The notes under the pieces: model-generated
The model's input: only the letters and a program-made list of their open reading frames with translations
The model's database searches: none
What the model was told of the DNA's origin: nothing
In this document: positions 9,159 through 17,898 of the stretch, piece after piece
How the letters are laid out: the number at the start of each line of letters is the position of its first letter
Numbering within the stretch: position 1 is the first letter of the stretch
Assembly (NCBI GenBank): GCA_035650835.1
Contig: DASRGX010000244.1
Coordinates: 6,154 to 70,153, forward strand
Length of the DNA: 64,000 nucleotides
Direction: 5' to 3'
DNA from: Rudaea sp.
GTDB lineage: Bacteria > Pseudomonadota > Gammaproteobacteria > Xanthomonadales > Rhodanobacteraceae
Position numbers and translations under genes: made by a program

Positions 9159-10379
9159 CTAGCTCGCCGGCGTGCGTTCGGTCTCGATCTCGCCGGGCGC
9201 ATCGCGCATGAGACCGAGCCGCCGAATCATCCAAGGCATCGTGAGGCCCTGCACGAAAATCGAAAATGCGACGACCGCGAACGCGGCGACGAGAATCTCG
9301 CGGCGTTCGGCCACGCTGTCGGGTAGCGCAAGCACGAGCGCCAGCGCGAGCGCCCCGCGCAAACCGCCCCAGACGAAGACGTGCTGGTGTTTGAGATCGA
9401 CGGCGAGCCGGCTGCGCGCAAACAGCGCGCAAATCGGGTACACCGCGAGCGCGCGGCCGAGCAGCACGAGCGCGATCGCCGCCGCCGCTACGCCGCTGAG
9501 AAGCCCGTAGCCCGCCTGCACTTCCTGTTCGCCGATCAGGATGAACACGAACGAATTGGCGAGGAACGCGACGTATTCCCAGAACGCGAGCACGTGGCCC
9601 TGGCTGCCTTCCGAAATGGCGCGGCGCCAGCCGAAGTTGCCGACCATGAGCCCCGCCGAGAGCGACGCGAGCACGCCCGACGCATGGAAATGCTCGGCGA
9701 GCAGGAACGATCCGTACGCCGCCACGGTGGTCAGCGTGATTTCGATGAGATGGTCCGCGGTGCGCCCCGCGATGAGCAGCAGCGCACCGGCGACGGCCAG
9801 CCCGGCGAGCACGCCCCCGAACACGGTCCAGACGAGCGAAGCGGCGATGGCGAGCGGCGACGGCGTGGCGCCGTTCGCGAGCGCGACGAGCAGCGTGAAG
9901 CCGACCGCAGCCGCACCGTCGTTGAGCAGGCTTTCCGATTCGACCATGCCGCTCAGACGCCGCTCGACCTTCATCTCCTTGAACGCGGCGATGACCGACA
10001 CCGGATCGGTCGCAGCGATGAGCACGCCGAACAGCGCCGCGCCCATCCAGCCCCAGCCCACCGTGTAGTGCATGCCGGCGGCGACCACGAGCGCCGCGAT
10101 CGCGACGCCCGGGAACGCGAGGCCGGCGTTGACCGGCAGATCGCGCCGGAACGGCTTCCAGTTCAGCTGCAGCGCTGCTTCGAACACGAGCGGCGGCAGG
10201 AAGATGTTGAAGATGAGGTCGCGCGTGAGCGGCATCTGCACGCCGCTCGGCAATAGCGCGAGCGCAATGCCGGCGCTGACGAGCCCGACGCTGTACGGCA
10301 GCCGCAGCAGCCGCGACACGATCGCGACGATCGACGCGATAAGCAGAAACACCACGATGGTCGCTACGGAAAATTCCAC
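9159..10379 (-). CDS. CPA1-family Na+(K+)/H+ antiporter (NhaP-like)
   Basis: ORF 9159..10379. It is polytopic, with the motifs IAATDPVSV and ESLLNDGAA. Confidence 0.9.
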   Translation of the reverse strand: MEFSVATIVVFLLIASIVAIVSRLLRLPYSVGLVSAGIALALLPSGVQMPLTRDLIFNIFLPPLVFEAALQLNWKPFRRDLPVNAGLAFPGVAIAALVVAAGMHYTVGWGWMGAALFGVLIAATDPVSVIAAFKEMKVERRLSGMVESESLLNDGAAAVGFTLLVALANGATPSPLAIAASLVWTVFGGVLAGLAVAGALLLIAGRTADHLIEITLTTVAAYGSFLLAEHFHASGVLASLSAGLMVGNFGWRRAISEGSQGHVLAFWEYVAFLANSFVFILIGEQEVQAGYGLLSGVAAAAIALVLLGRALAVYPICALFARSRLAVDLKHQHVFVWGGLRGALALALVLALPDSVAERREILVAAFAVVAFSIFVQGLTMPWMIRRLGLMRDAPGEIETERTPAS

Positions 10380-10482
10380 TGCCTGCTCCGTCGATGATCA
10401 CGCCACTATGCGGACGTCGGCGCGGCGAAGCAACCCTGCTGCTGGATGGCGTGCGGCAGCAGTGCTCGTGCCGACGCACGCA

Positions 10483-12795
10483 CTATGTTTTCCGCCCGAG
10501 GAGCGGCGAAAGCGCGGCGCCGATCGCGTTCTGCCACTGGCCTAACCTGGCCCGCACTCGCGGATACGGCCGCATGCGCAGCGTGTCGCTCACGATCGCC
10601 GACAGGCGTTCAACGTCTTGCGCAGCGAGCGAGCCGCCGACGCTGCCGTAGCGTGCGCCGTCGAACGCGTCGGGCAAGGACGCGGGTACGTCGATGCCGC
10701 GGCGCGCGAGATCGTCGAGGAATGCGCGATACGTCTGCGCAGCAGGCCGCGGCACGCCACGAGCCGTCAGCGAACGCTCGAGCGCTTGCGCCAGGTGCGG
10801 CGCCGCGTTCCCGGTCGCATCTTTCGCGCGCGCAAGGAGACGCGAAATCGCCATGCGCTCGGTGAGGTCGGCGGCGGCATGCGCGCAGAGCACGGCCGCG
10901 CCCACGACGCACGCCACGAGCAAGGCGAAAAGCGGCGTCCACGGCAACACGCGCCGCGCGAAGGCGACGAGCTCGCGCTGCATGTGGCGCAGCGCTTCCC
11001 ACGTCGCGCGCAGCGCCTGCATCGCTGCGGTGCGCAGCGCCGCCGGATCGAGCAGCGCACTCGTGTCGGCCTGCCGTTCGAGATAGCGGTCGGCGGCGCT
11101 CGCCACTTGCTGCGTAGCCGGCGCCGCTTCGGACTCCGGCATCGGATAAAACGGCGTGGGTTCGAACATGATCCAACGTCCGTCGATCCACGCCTCGGCC
11201 CAGGCATGGCCGTCGAGCGCGCGGACTTCGTAGTAGCCCGTGAGCGGATTGCGCTCGCCGAGCGAGAAACCCGTCGCGAAACGGGCCGGAATGCCGATCT
11301 CGCGCAACATGACGACCATAGCGCTCGCGAAGAACTCGCAATGTCCTTTGCGGTTCTCGAACAGGAACCAATCCAAGGGCGTGCGGCCCTGATAAGGCAC
11401 GATCGTTTCGTAGCTGTACGCGTACTGACTGCGCAGGTGCGTCTCGATCGCGAGCGCCTGGCGCCAAGCGCCTCCGGCGTTGCCAGCGACCGTGCGCGCG
11501 AGCTCGCCGACACGTGCCGACAACTCGGGGTCGATTTGCAGATAGCGTGCATCGGGCTGCGTCGCATGAACTGCGTAGCGGCTGCCAACGAGCTCAGGCG
11601 CCGCGTCGACCGCGTAGCTCGTTTGAGCGAGCAGCGGTCGCGGTACGCCGAACGTGCCGTCGCCGAAATCGTAGAGCTGCGGCCCCGGAAAGCGGATGCG
11701 CCGCGCGGCGGCGCTCGCGGGCAAGGCCGTGAGATGGAGATCGCTCACGACGTCGATCTGCTGCGTGATCGGCGTGCCGCCCGCAGGCACGCTGCGTTCG
11801 AGGTAGCCCGCACGCAGCACGGTGAGCGCGGGTGCATCGCCGGTACGCAGCCAGCGGTCGTGCTCGAAACGGTCGTAGAGCGCGCCACGCAGGTAGACCG
11901 GCTGCGACGTCTTGACGTACATGACGATGGCGTTGCCGAGGGCGGCGTCGCGCTGCACGTCCGTCACCGAATAGCCTTCCTGGGCGGGATGCTGTGGATT
12001 CGCCGAACTCGAGTTCGACGAGCGACCCGCACTCGGCCGATCCGCCGCCGATTCTCGCTCGGCCTGCGCGGACGTCGGCGGCTTCGGCGCCGAATGCGGC
12101 GCGCTCGGCGGCACTGTGCTCTCGCTGCCGCGAGGGTCGCTGTAGTCGTGTTCGCTCGACGCGGAACGGCCGCCCAGATACAACGCCGCCGGTTGCGGCA
12201 CGTACAAGTAGAGCGGAATCGCGAGCAGCATCACGAGCCCGGCCGCAGCGGTGCCGCCGCGGCTGCGCGTTTGTCGCGTCACCACCGTTGCGGCGGCGCG
12301 CCGCTGCAACGTGACGCCCGCGTCGAACGCGAACAGCGACAGCACGGCCAGCGTGAACGCGGCAGCGCACGGCGCGAACCAGCCGGAGCGCGATGCAGCG
12401 GCCACGATGAGCACTTCGCACAGGCACGCGGCGACGATGAGCAGCATGTGCGCGCGCCGCTCGGCGACGATGAGCACGGCGCACGTGAGCGCAAGCAACA
12501 ACGCTCCGAGCGCCGGGATCACACCGTCGCTCATGAGCGTGGCGATGAAAACGAGCATGCCGATCGCCGCGACGGCCTCGCCCGCCCACTGCACCGTCAT
12601 GGTGGCGTGCTGCCTGGCGCGTAGCGGCACGCGCCGGCTCCAGCAGAAAGCCAATGCTGCGCCCCAGACGAGTACGCCGCCAAGTGCGTTCGCAGCGTCG
12701 GCTGCGAGCGTGGATCGTGCGAGCAGCGTCGCGGCGAGCAGCGCGGCGAGACGCGCGCCATACGGCTGGAAATCCACGGGCTCGTCGATGCGCAT
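10483..12795 (-). CDS. transglutaminase-like membrane protein (DUF3488 + TGase core type)
   Basis: Start MRIDEPV (ATG 12795..12793) inside ORF 10483..13176. It overlaps the DUF58 stop by 1 nt (TGATG). It has N-terminal TM helices and the catalytic motifs GHCEFFASAMVVMLR...DGHAWAEAW. Confidence 0.85.
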   Translation of the reverse strand: MRIDEPVDFQPYGARLAALLAATLLARSTLAADAANALGGVLVWGAALAFCWSRRVPLRARQHATMTVQWAGEAVAAIGMLVFIATLMSDGVIPALGALLLALTCAVLIVAERRAHMLLIVAACLCEVLIVAAASRSGWFAPCAAAFTLAVLSLFAFDAGVTLQRRAAATVVTRQTRSRGGTAAAGLVMLLAIPLYLYVPQPAALYLGGRSASSEHDYSDPRGSESTVPPSAPHSAPKPPTSAQAERESAADRPSAGRSSNSSSANPQHPAQEGYSVTDVQRDAALGNAIVMYVKTSQPVYLRGALYDRFEHDRWLRTGDAPALTVLRAGYLERSVPAGGTPITQQIDVVSDLHLTALPASAAARRIRFPGPQLYDFGDGTFGVPRPLLAQTSYAVDAAPELVGSRYAVHATQPDARYLQIDPELSARVGELARTVAGNAGGAWRQALAIETHLRSQYAYSYETIVPYQGRTPLDWFLFENRKGHCEFFASAMVVMLREIGIPARFATGFSLGERNPLTGYYEVRALDGHAWAEAWIDGRWIMFEPTPFYPMPESEAAPATQQVASAADRYLERQADTSALLDPAALRTAAMQALRATWEALRHMQRELVAFARRVLPWTPLFALLVACVVGAAVLCAHAAADLTERMAISRLLARAKDATGNAAPHLAQALERSLTARGVPRPAAQTYRAFLDDLARRGIDVPASLPDAFDGARYGSVGGSLAAQDVERLSAIVSDTLRMRPYPRVRARLGQWQNAIGAALSPLLGRKT

Positions 12796-14015
12796 CAGAA
12801 GAGCTCGGCGAGGTCCATGCCGCGCTGTGCATGAGCGATCCACGCGCCTTCGCGAAAATGCGCGCCGCAAACGATGGGAGCGGCTTCGCCGCCGCGAGCG
12901 AAGCTGCCGCGCGCGAACTGCACGACGAGCGGCACCGCACCGGCTGCACGGCAGCACGCGACGAGCGCACCGCGTTGTGCGTCGTCGCCCGCGAACAGCA
13001 GCCATGTGCCGCCGCGCGGCAAACGGTTGCGCTCGCGCGGCATCCACACGCCGAGCGGCGCTCCGCTGTCGCCTTCGGCAAGCGCGAGCGCGTCGCGCAT
13101 GCGCACGAGCGCCGCGCGATCGCGCGAGGGCTCCATGCGCACGATGTTTCCGTGCTCGCGGTATACGATGCCGCACGCGAGGCCATCCGCCTGCGCGTGC
13201 TCGAGCGCCGAGCGCGCGATCGTGAACATCGTCTCGAACGTCCCTTCGGCGCCGGTGCCGCGATGTTCGCCGAGCGCGAGCTCGAGGAAGATCCAGAATT
13301 GCCGCTCTGCCGCGCGATCGTACTCGCGCACGATGAGTTCGCCGCTGCGCGCGGTGCTACGCCAATGCACGGTGCGCGGCTCGTCGCCCGGGCGGTATGG
13401 ACGCGCGCCGGCGTATTCATCGTGTCCGCGGCGTTCGCGCGCAGCGAGATTTTCGAGCTGCGCATCGCCGCCCTGCTCGATCGGCAAGCGGCGCAGCGCG
13501 ACGGCGGCGGGATGGACGAGCGTCTCGTGGCGGCCCGCCGCGACGATGCGGCTACGCGACGCGACACCGAGCGGGAAACGGCTGCGCAGCACGACGTCAT
13601 CGAACACGCGACGTCCGCGCACGCGCGGCGTCCAGCGCAAGCGCAGCACGTCGCGACCCCGCGTGCGTTCGACGAACGCGGCGAGTACCGGCTCCTGCGT
13701 TTCGCCGAGCCTGTCGACGAGCTCGATGCCGTACCGCGGCAGCACGCCGCCCTCGAGCTCGTAGCGGATCTCGACCGGTTCGCCGACCGTGGCGAGCGGC
13801 GGCACCGAACGTCGCACACCGATGCGGCGCACTTGCACGCGCGGCAATATCCAGGCGACGACGAGCGCGGCGGCCAGGAGCCACGTCATGCCCCAGAGCA
13901 GGCTCACACCGCGGTTGTATGCGATGCCGGCCGTCGCCACGAGCCAGCCGCCGAGCAGCCAGCCCATGCGCACGTCGCCGAAACGGCGGCCGAGCGCTTC
14001 GGGATCGATCTTCAT
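12795..14015 (-). CDS. DUF58 domain protein
   Basis: ORF 12795..14015. It has two N-terminal TM helices and the motif RPYRPGDEPRTVHWRSTAR, typical of DUF58 partners of MoxR. Confidence 0.85.
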   Translation of the reverse strand: MKIDPEALGRRFGDVRMGWLLGGWLVATAGIAYNRGVSLLWGMTWLLAAALVVAWILPRVQVRRIGVRRSVPPLATVGEPVEIRYELEGGVLPRYGIELVDRLGETQEPVLAAFVERTRGRDVLRLRWTPRVRGRRVFDDVVLRSRFPLGVASRSRIVAAGRHETLVHPAAVALRRLPIEQGGDAQLENLAARERRGHDEYAGARPYRPGDEPRTVHWRSTARSGELIVREYDRAAERQFWIFLELALGEHRGTGAEGTFETMFTIARSALEHAQADGLACGIVYREHGNIVRMEPSRDRAALVRMRDALALAEGDSGAPLGVWMPRERNRLPRGGTWLLFAGDDAQRGALVACCRAAGAVPLVVQFARGSFARGGEAAPIVCGAHFREGAWIAHAQRGMDLAELF

Positions 14016-14025
14016 GGCGCCCCGG

Positions 14026-14979
14026 TCACGCCGTCGCGTGCACCGGCACGGCGACGGTGTCGAGCGCGGCGAGCACGAGCCGCTCGGCCGTGGCGGCGTC
14101 GCTTCCCTGCCGCGGCACGATGCGATGGGCGAGCACCGGCACGGCGATGCGCTTGACGTGGTCGGGCGTCACGAACGATTTCCCGCCGAGCAGCGCCACC
14201 GCCTGGCTCGCGCGCATGAGCGCGAGCGATGCACGCGGGCTTGCGCCAAGCTCGATCTCGCCGGCCGAGCGCGTCGCCCGCGTGACGGCGGCGATGTAGC
14301 GCTGCACATCGGGATGCACCTCGACGGCGCGAGCGGCTTTCTGGATTTCGGCGAGCGCGGCAGGCGTCAGGACGGGCGTCACGTCGGCGAGCGGTTCGCC
14401 GTGCACGCGCGCGGCGAGCATCGCGACCTCGCTGTCGGGCGCGGGATAACCGAGATGCAGCCGCACCATGAACCGGTCGAGCTGCGCCTCGGGCAGCGGG
14501 AACGTGCCATGAAAGCCGGCGGGATTCTGCGTCGCGATGACGAAGAATCCGTCCGGCAGCGCGCGCGGCTGGCCGTCGACCGAGATCTGCCGCTCCTCCA
14601 TGCACTCGAGCAGGCATGCTTGCGCGCGCGGCGTGGCGCGGTTGATCTCGTCGACGAGCAGCACGTCGGCGAACGCCGGACCGGGCACGAATTCGAAGCG
14701 CTGCAGATCCTGGCGGTAGATCGAGCTGCCCGTGACGTCGGAAGGCAGGAGATCCGGTGTGCACTGCAAGCGTCGCATCGACGCGTGCAGCGACTGCGCC
14801 AGCGTGCGCGCGAGCATGGTCTTGCCCGTGCCGGGCACGTCTTCGAGCAGCACATGACCGCGCGCGATGAGCGCGGCAAGCAGGCAGAAGATCGTTTCGC
14901 CCTTGCCGACGATCACCTTGGCCAGGTTCGCATAGAGCGATTTGAGTGCGGCGGCTGCGGAATTGAGCATGGTCGGCAT
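14026..14979 (-). CDS. MoxR-family AAA+ ATPase
   Basis: ORF 14026..14979. It has Walker A DVPGTGKT, Walker B LLVDEINR and ATQNP. Confidence 0.95.
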   Translation of the reverse strand: MPTMLNSAAAALKSLYANLAKVIVGKGETIFCLLAALIARGHVLLEDVPGTGKTMLARTLAQSLHASMRRLQCTPDLLPSDVTGSSIYRQDLQRFEFVPGPAFADVLLVDEINRATPRAQACLLECMEERQISVDGQPRALPDGFFVIATQNPAGFHGTFPLPEAQLDRFMVRLHLGYPAPDSEVAMLAARVHGEPLADVTPVLTPAALAEIQKAARAVEVHPDVQRYIAAVTRATRSAGEIELGASPRASLALMRASQAVALLGGKSFVTPDHVKRIAVPVLAHRIVPRQGSDAATAERLVLAALDTVAVPVHATA

Positions 14980-15104
14980 TCGCTATGCAAATGAAGTTCG
15001 AAGACTAGCAGAGCCCGCTGCGCCCGCAACGGAAATTACATGGAGCCGTAACGATACATGCTCACCATCCGGCGCTTCGTCCGTTCCCAGAAAGGAGGCA
15101 AGCC

Positions 15105-16892
15105 GTGACAGACAAGCTTCGTAGTGCCGCATTCGTGGCCGCAGCCCTGTTCTGCAGCGCCGCAATCCCGGCATCTGCGTATACAAGTGGAAATTTGCTC
15201 ATCGGCGGCGACGCCGAGGCCGGCAAGTGCACGACCGATTGGAAAGCCGTCACCACGGTGCCGGGCTGGACGGTCGTGCTCGGCAATCCCTCGGTCGTGT
15301 GCTATTCGATCGCGAGCTTTTCGACGCCGTCGTCGGCCCACGGCAATGCGTTCATCGCCGACGGTCCCTACGGCGACTCCGCTCTGCTGCAGACGGTCGA
15401 CGTGTCGAGCGCCGCTTCCGCGATCGATGCAGGGTCGACGGGCTACACGATGTCGGGCTGGCTCGGCGGCTGGGGCGCATACGCCGGCCAGGCGCAAGTC
15501 ACGCTGAGCTTCTTCGACGCGCACGAGAAGCAGCTCGGCACGAGTGCCGAGCTCGGACCCGTGACGGCCGCCGACCGCGGCAACAAGAACGCATTCCTCG
15601 CGCGGTCGATCTCGGGCACCCTTCCGGCGGGCACGCGCTCGATCTCCGTCCTGCTCCAGTTCAGCAACACGTCGGCTTCGTACAACATCGGCTACGCGGA
15701 CAATCTGTCGCTCACGCTGTCGACGCCGGTACAAGCGGCGACGCTCGCGCCGCCCGCCTCGCACGTACCGGCCTTCGACCACGTGTTCCTCGTCATGATG
15801 GAGAACACGGATTACGCGGCTGTGATCGGCGACACGAAGGACGCATCGTTCATCAACGGCCTCGCTTCGAGCGGCACGCTGCTCGCGAACTCGAGCGGCA
15901 CGTATCATCCGAGCGACGAGAACTATCTCGCGATCGCCGGCGGCGACAATTTCGTGCAGGGCGCGATCTACTATCCGAACATCCATGTGTCCGCGCCGCA
16001 TCTCGGCGATCGTCTCGAGGCGATCGGCAAGACGTGGAAAGGCTACGAGCAGGGCATGGGCACGCCGTGCAATCTCAGCAACAACAACGATTCGTACTAC
16101 GCGCCCGACGATCTGCCGTTCATCAATTTCACCGACATCAGCACGAACAGCGCGCGCTGCCAGGCGCACCTCGTCGATTTGAGCCGGTTCGCCGCCGATC
16201 TCAATTCGACCGCGACGACGCCGAATTTCGTTTGGCTCTCGGCGGACGACTACTACGACGGTGAAGCCTCGGGCAACGGCTCGCCGAAGAGCCTGCAGGT
16301 GCAGGACGGCTGGCTCAAGCAGACGCTGCAGCCCTTGTTCGCCTCGCCCGCGTGGACGACGCAGCGCTCGCTCCTGATCCTGACCTGGGACGAATCCGAG
16401 ACGAGCGGCACCAACCACATCGCGACGATCCTCGTCGATTCGCAAGGCCTCGTGAACCGTGGATACGTATCGCAGACGAGCTACAACCATTACAGTGTCG
16501 GCCGCACGATCGAGAGCGCGCTCGGCCTCGCGCCGCTGACTGCGAACGATCAATACGCCGAGCCCGTGAACGATGCCTTCCTGCCCAACGCACCGCCGCC
16601 CACGCCGAGCCTCTCGACGCCGACCCCGAGCGTGGCGGCCGGCGCGACGATCGCGTTCGACTACTCGACGCCGGCCTCCGACGCGAGCTCGACGAACTGG
16701 ATCGGCATCTATCCCGCGGGTGCGACCCCGGGCTCGCAAGCGTCGATCACCTGGCAATACGCGGCGAACATGAGCGGCACGCTCAACTTCGCGACCAGCA
16801 GCCTCGCAGCAGGCAGCTACGCCGCGTGGTATTGCTACAACGACGGCTACACGGTCCTTGCGGGACCGGTGAACTTCACGATCACGCCGTGA
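15105..16892 (+). CDS. secreted phosphoesterase-family (AcpA/phospholipase C-like) enzyme with extra N- and C-terminal beta domains
   Basis: GTG 15105 with AAAGGAGG 6 nt upstream, followed by a signal peptide. The central part reads HVFLVMMENTDY...NFVWLSADDYYDGE...LILTWDES. The N-terminal ~210 aa and the C-terminal ~100 aa (NWIGIYPAG...) look like accessory beta-sandwich modules. Confidence 0.8.
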   Translation: MTDKLRSAAFVAAALFCSAAIPASAYTSGNLLIGGDAEAGKCTTDWKAVTTVPGWTVVLGNPSVVCYSIASFSTPSSAHGNAFIADGPYGDSALLQTVDVSSAASAIDAGSTGYTMSGWLGGWGAYAGQAQVTLSFFDAHEKQLGTSAELGPVTAADRGNKNAFLARSISGTLPAGTRSISVLLQFSNTSASYNIGYADNLSLTLSTPVQAATLAPPASHVPAFDHVFLVMMENTDYAAVIGDTKDASFINGLASSGTLLANSSGTYHPSDENYLAIAGGDNFVQGAIYYPNIHVSAPHLGDRLEAIGKTWKGYEQGMGTPCNLSNNNDSYYAPDDLPFINFTDISTNSARCQAHLVDLSRFAADLNSTATTPNFVWLSADDYYDGEASGNGSPKSLQVQDGWLKQTLQPLFASPAWTTQRSLLILTWDESETSGTNHIATILVDSQGLVNRGYVSQTSYNHYSVGRTIESALGLAPLTANDQYAEPVNDAFLPNAPPPTPSLSTPTPSVAAGATIAFDYSTPASDASSTNWIGIYPAGATPGSQASITWQYAANMSGTLNFATSSLAAGSYAAWYCYNDGYTVLAGPVNFTITP

Positions 16893-17173
16893 TCGCATCG
16901 GCGGCGCGAGCCTGGCTAGCGCCGCCGCGAGCTTCTCGCCGCGACGAACGTAGTTCCACACAGAGTTCCCGACGTCGCGCTTCGCCGCGGATCGCGATAC
17001 CGCCGTCCCTGGCCATTGGCGTTTCCGTTCGGACTTGCTGCGGTACTCACGTACGGCGAGCTTTGCTGCTGCCTCGTGACCGAGACTCGGTCACGCGAGG
17101 AGGCTACGCGCTACCCGGACGCAGCAGATTGACGTGCATCAATTGTTCGAGCTTTTCTTCGCAAGTACGTCGG

Positions 17174-17428
17174 TTACGTCCGCGCGCCGGCCGATTCGTC
17201 GGGCGGCCATATCAATACCCAGTCGGCGGCGGCGTCCTCGCGCAGCAGGACTCGCGATGGCCTGCCGATCGATTCGTGATAACGCGCCATCTCGACGGCG
17301 CGCTTGCGGGCGGCCTCGAGGCTTTCGCAGACCGCCACCGTATTGGCCGGGGAAGCGTCCTGCCGCGTCACGAGCCACACGACGGTCGCCGTGGAGAAAC
17401 TAGCGAACGGTGCTACGAAGAAGTCCAC
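17174..17428 (-). CDS. hypothetical small protein (84 aa)
   Basis: ORF 17174..17428 with a GTG start. No family is recognised with confidence. It is called weakly, on composition only. Confidence 0.25.
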   Translation of the reverse strand: MDFFVAPFASFSTATVVWLVTRQDASPANTVAVCESLEAARKRAVEMARYHESIGRPSRVLLREDAAADWVLIWPPDESAGART

Positions 17429-17492
17429 GGCCTCTCACCGCAACATGCACGCACACAGGGTCGCGAGTATCGCGTTGCGCCGGCCCGCCGCG

Positions 17493-17508
17493 ATTGATCT
17501 GGATCAAT
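17493..17508. promoter_or_regulatory. AT-rich 16-bp palindrome ATTGATC-TG-GATCAAT (candidate operator)
   Basis: Perfect 7-bp arms, each containing a GATC. It lies about 65 nt upstream of the 17428 start and stands out against GC-rich surroundings. Confidence 0.25.
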
Positions 17509-17565
17509 TTCGCGTGGTGCGCGTAGGTCTCGAGCGCAGACCGAAGGGACGGTTCGTCGCGTCGC

Positions 17566-17754
17566 TCATCGCGTAAGCTTGAGCAGGAGGATCGCGAACG
17601 CGCCTACCGAACCCACGGCGATGAAAATCGCGCCCGCCCATCCTTTCATGAAACCGCCGTGCTTGCGGTTGAGCCAATTGGCCGCAGCGACGAGCGCGGT
17701 CGATGTCATGAGCGCGACGATGAGCGCTTGCAGATAATTATCGGAAAGATCCAT
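17566..17754 (-). CDS. small two-helix membrane protein (62 aa)
   Basis: ATG 17754 inside ORF 17566..17811 gives MDLSDNYLQALIVALMTSTALVAAANWLNRKHGGFMKGWAGAIFIAVGSVGAFAILLLKLTR. Confidence 0.35.
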   Translation of the reverse strand: MDLSDNYLQALIVALMTSTALVAAANWLNRKHGGFMKGWAGAIFIAVGSVGAFAILLLKLTR

Positions 17755-17898
17755 GGCAACCCCGCCCCGCCGATGACGAATCGAGGATACCGGCTGACAG
17801 AAAGGCCGCATTGACGCGCATCAACCGTGGTTCGTCGCGACACACCTCGGCTGGATCGAGTTTTGTCTCGAATTCCGATCCCGTGTAGCCTTGCAGTT

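Noticed and set aside
12796-13176. N-terminal extension of the transglutaminase ORF, and similar extensions of the tolB, tolR, ybgC, cpoB, ruvA, pgeF, bamD, DUF4142 and hydrolase ORFs
   Set aside because: The extensions overlap the preceding gene and are compositionally abnormal. Internal starts that abut or overlap the upstream stop give proteins of canonical length.
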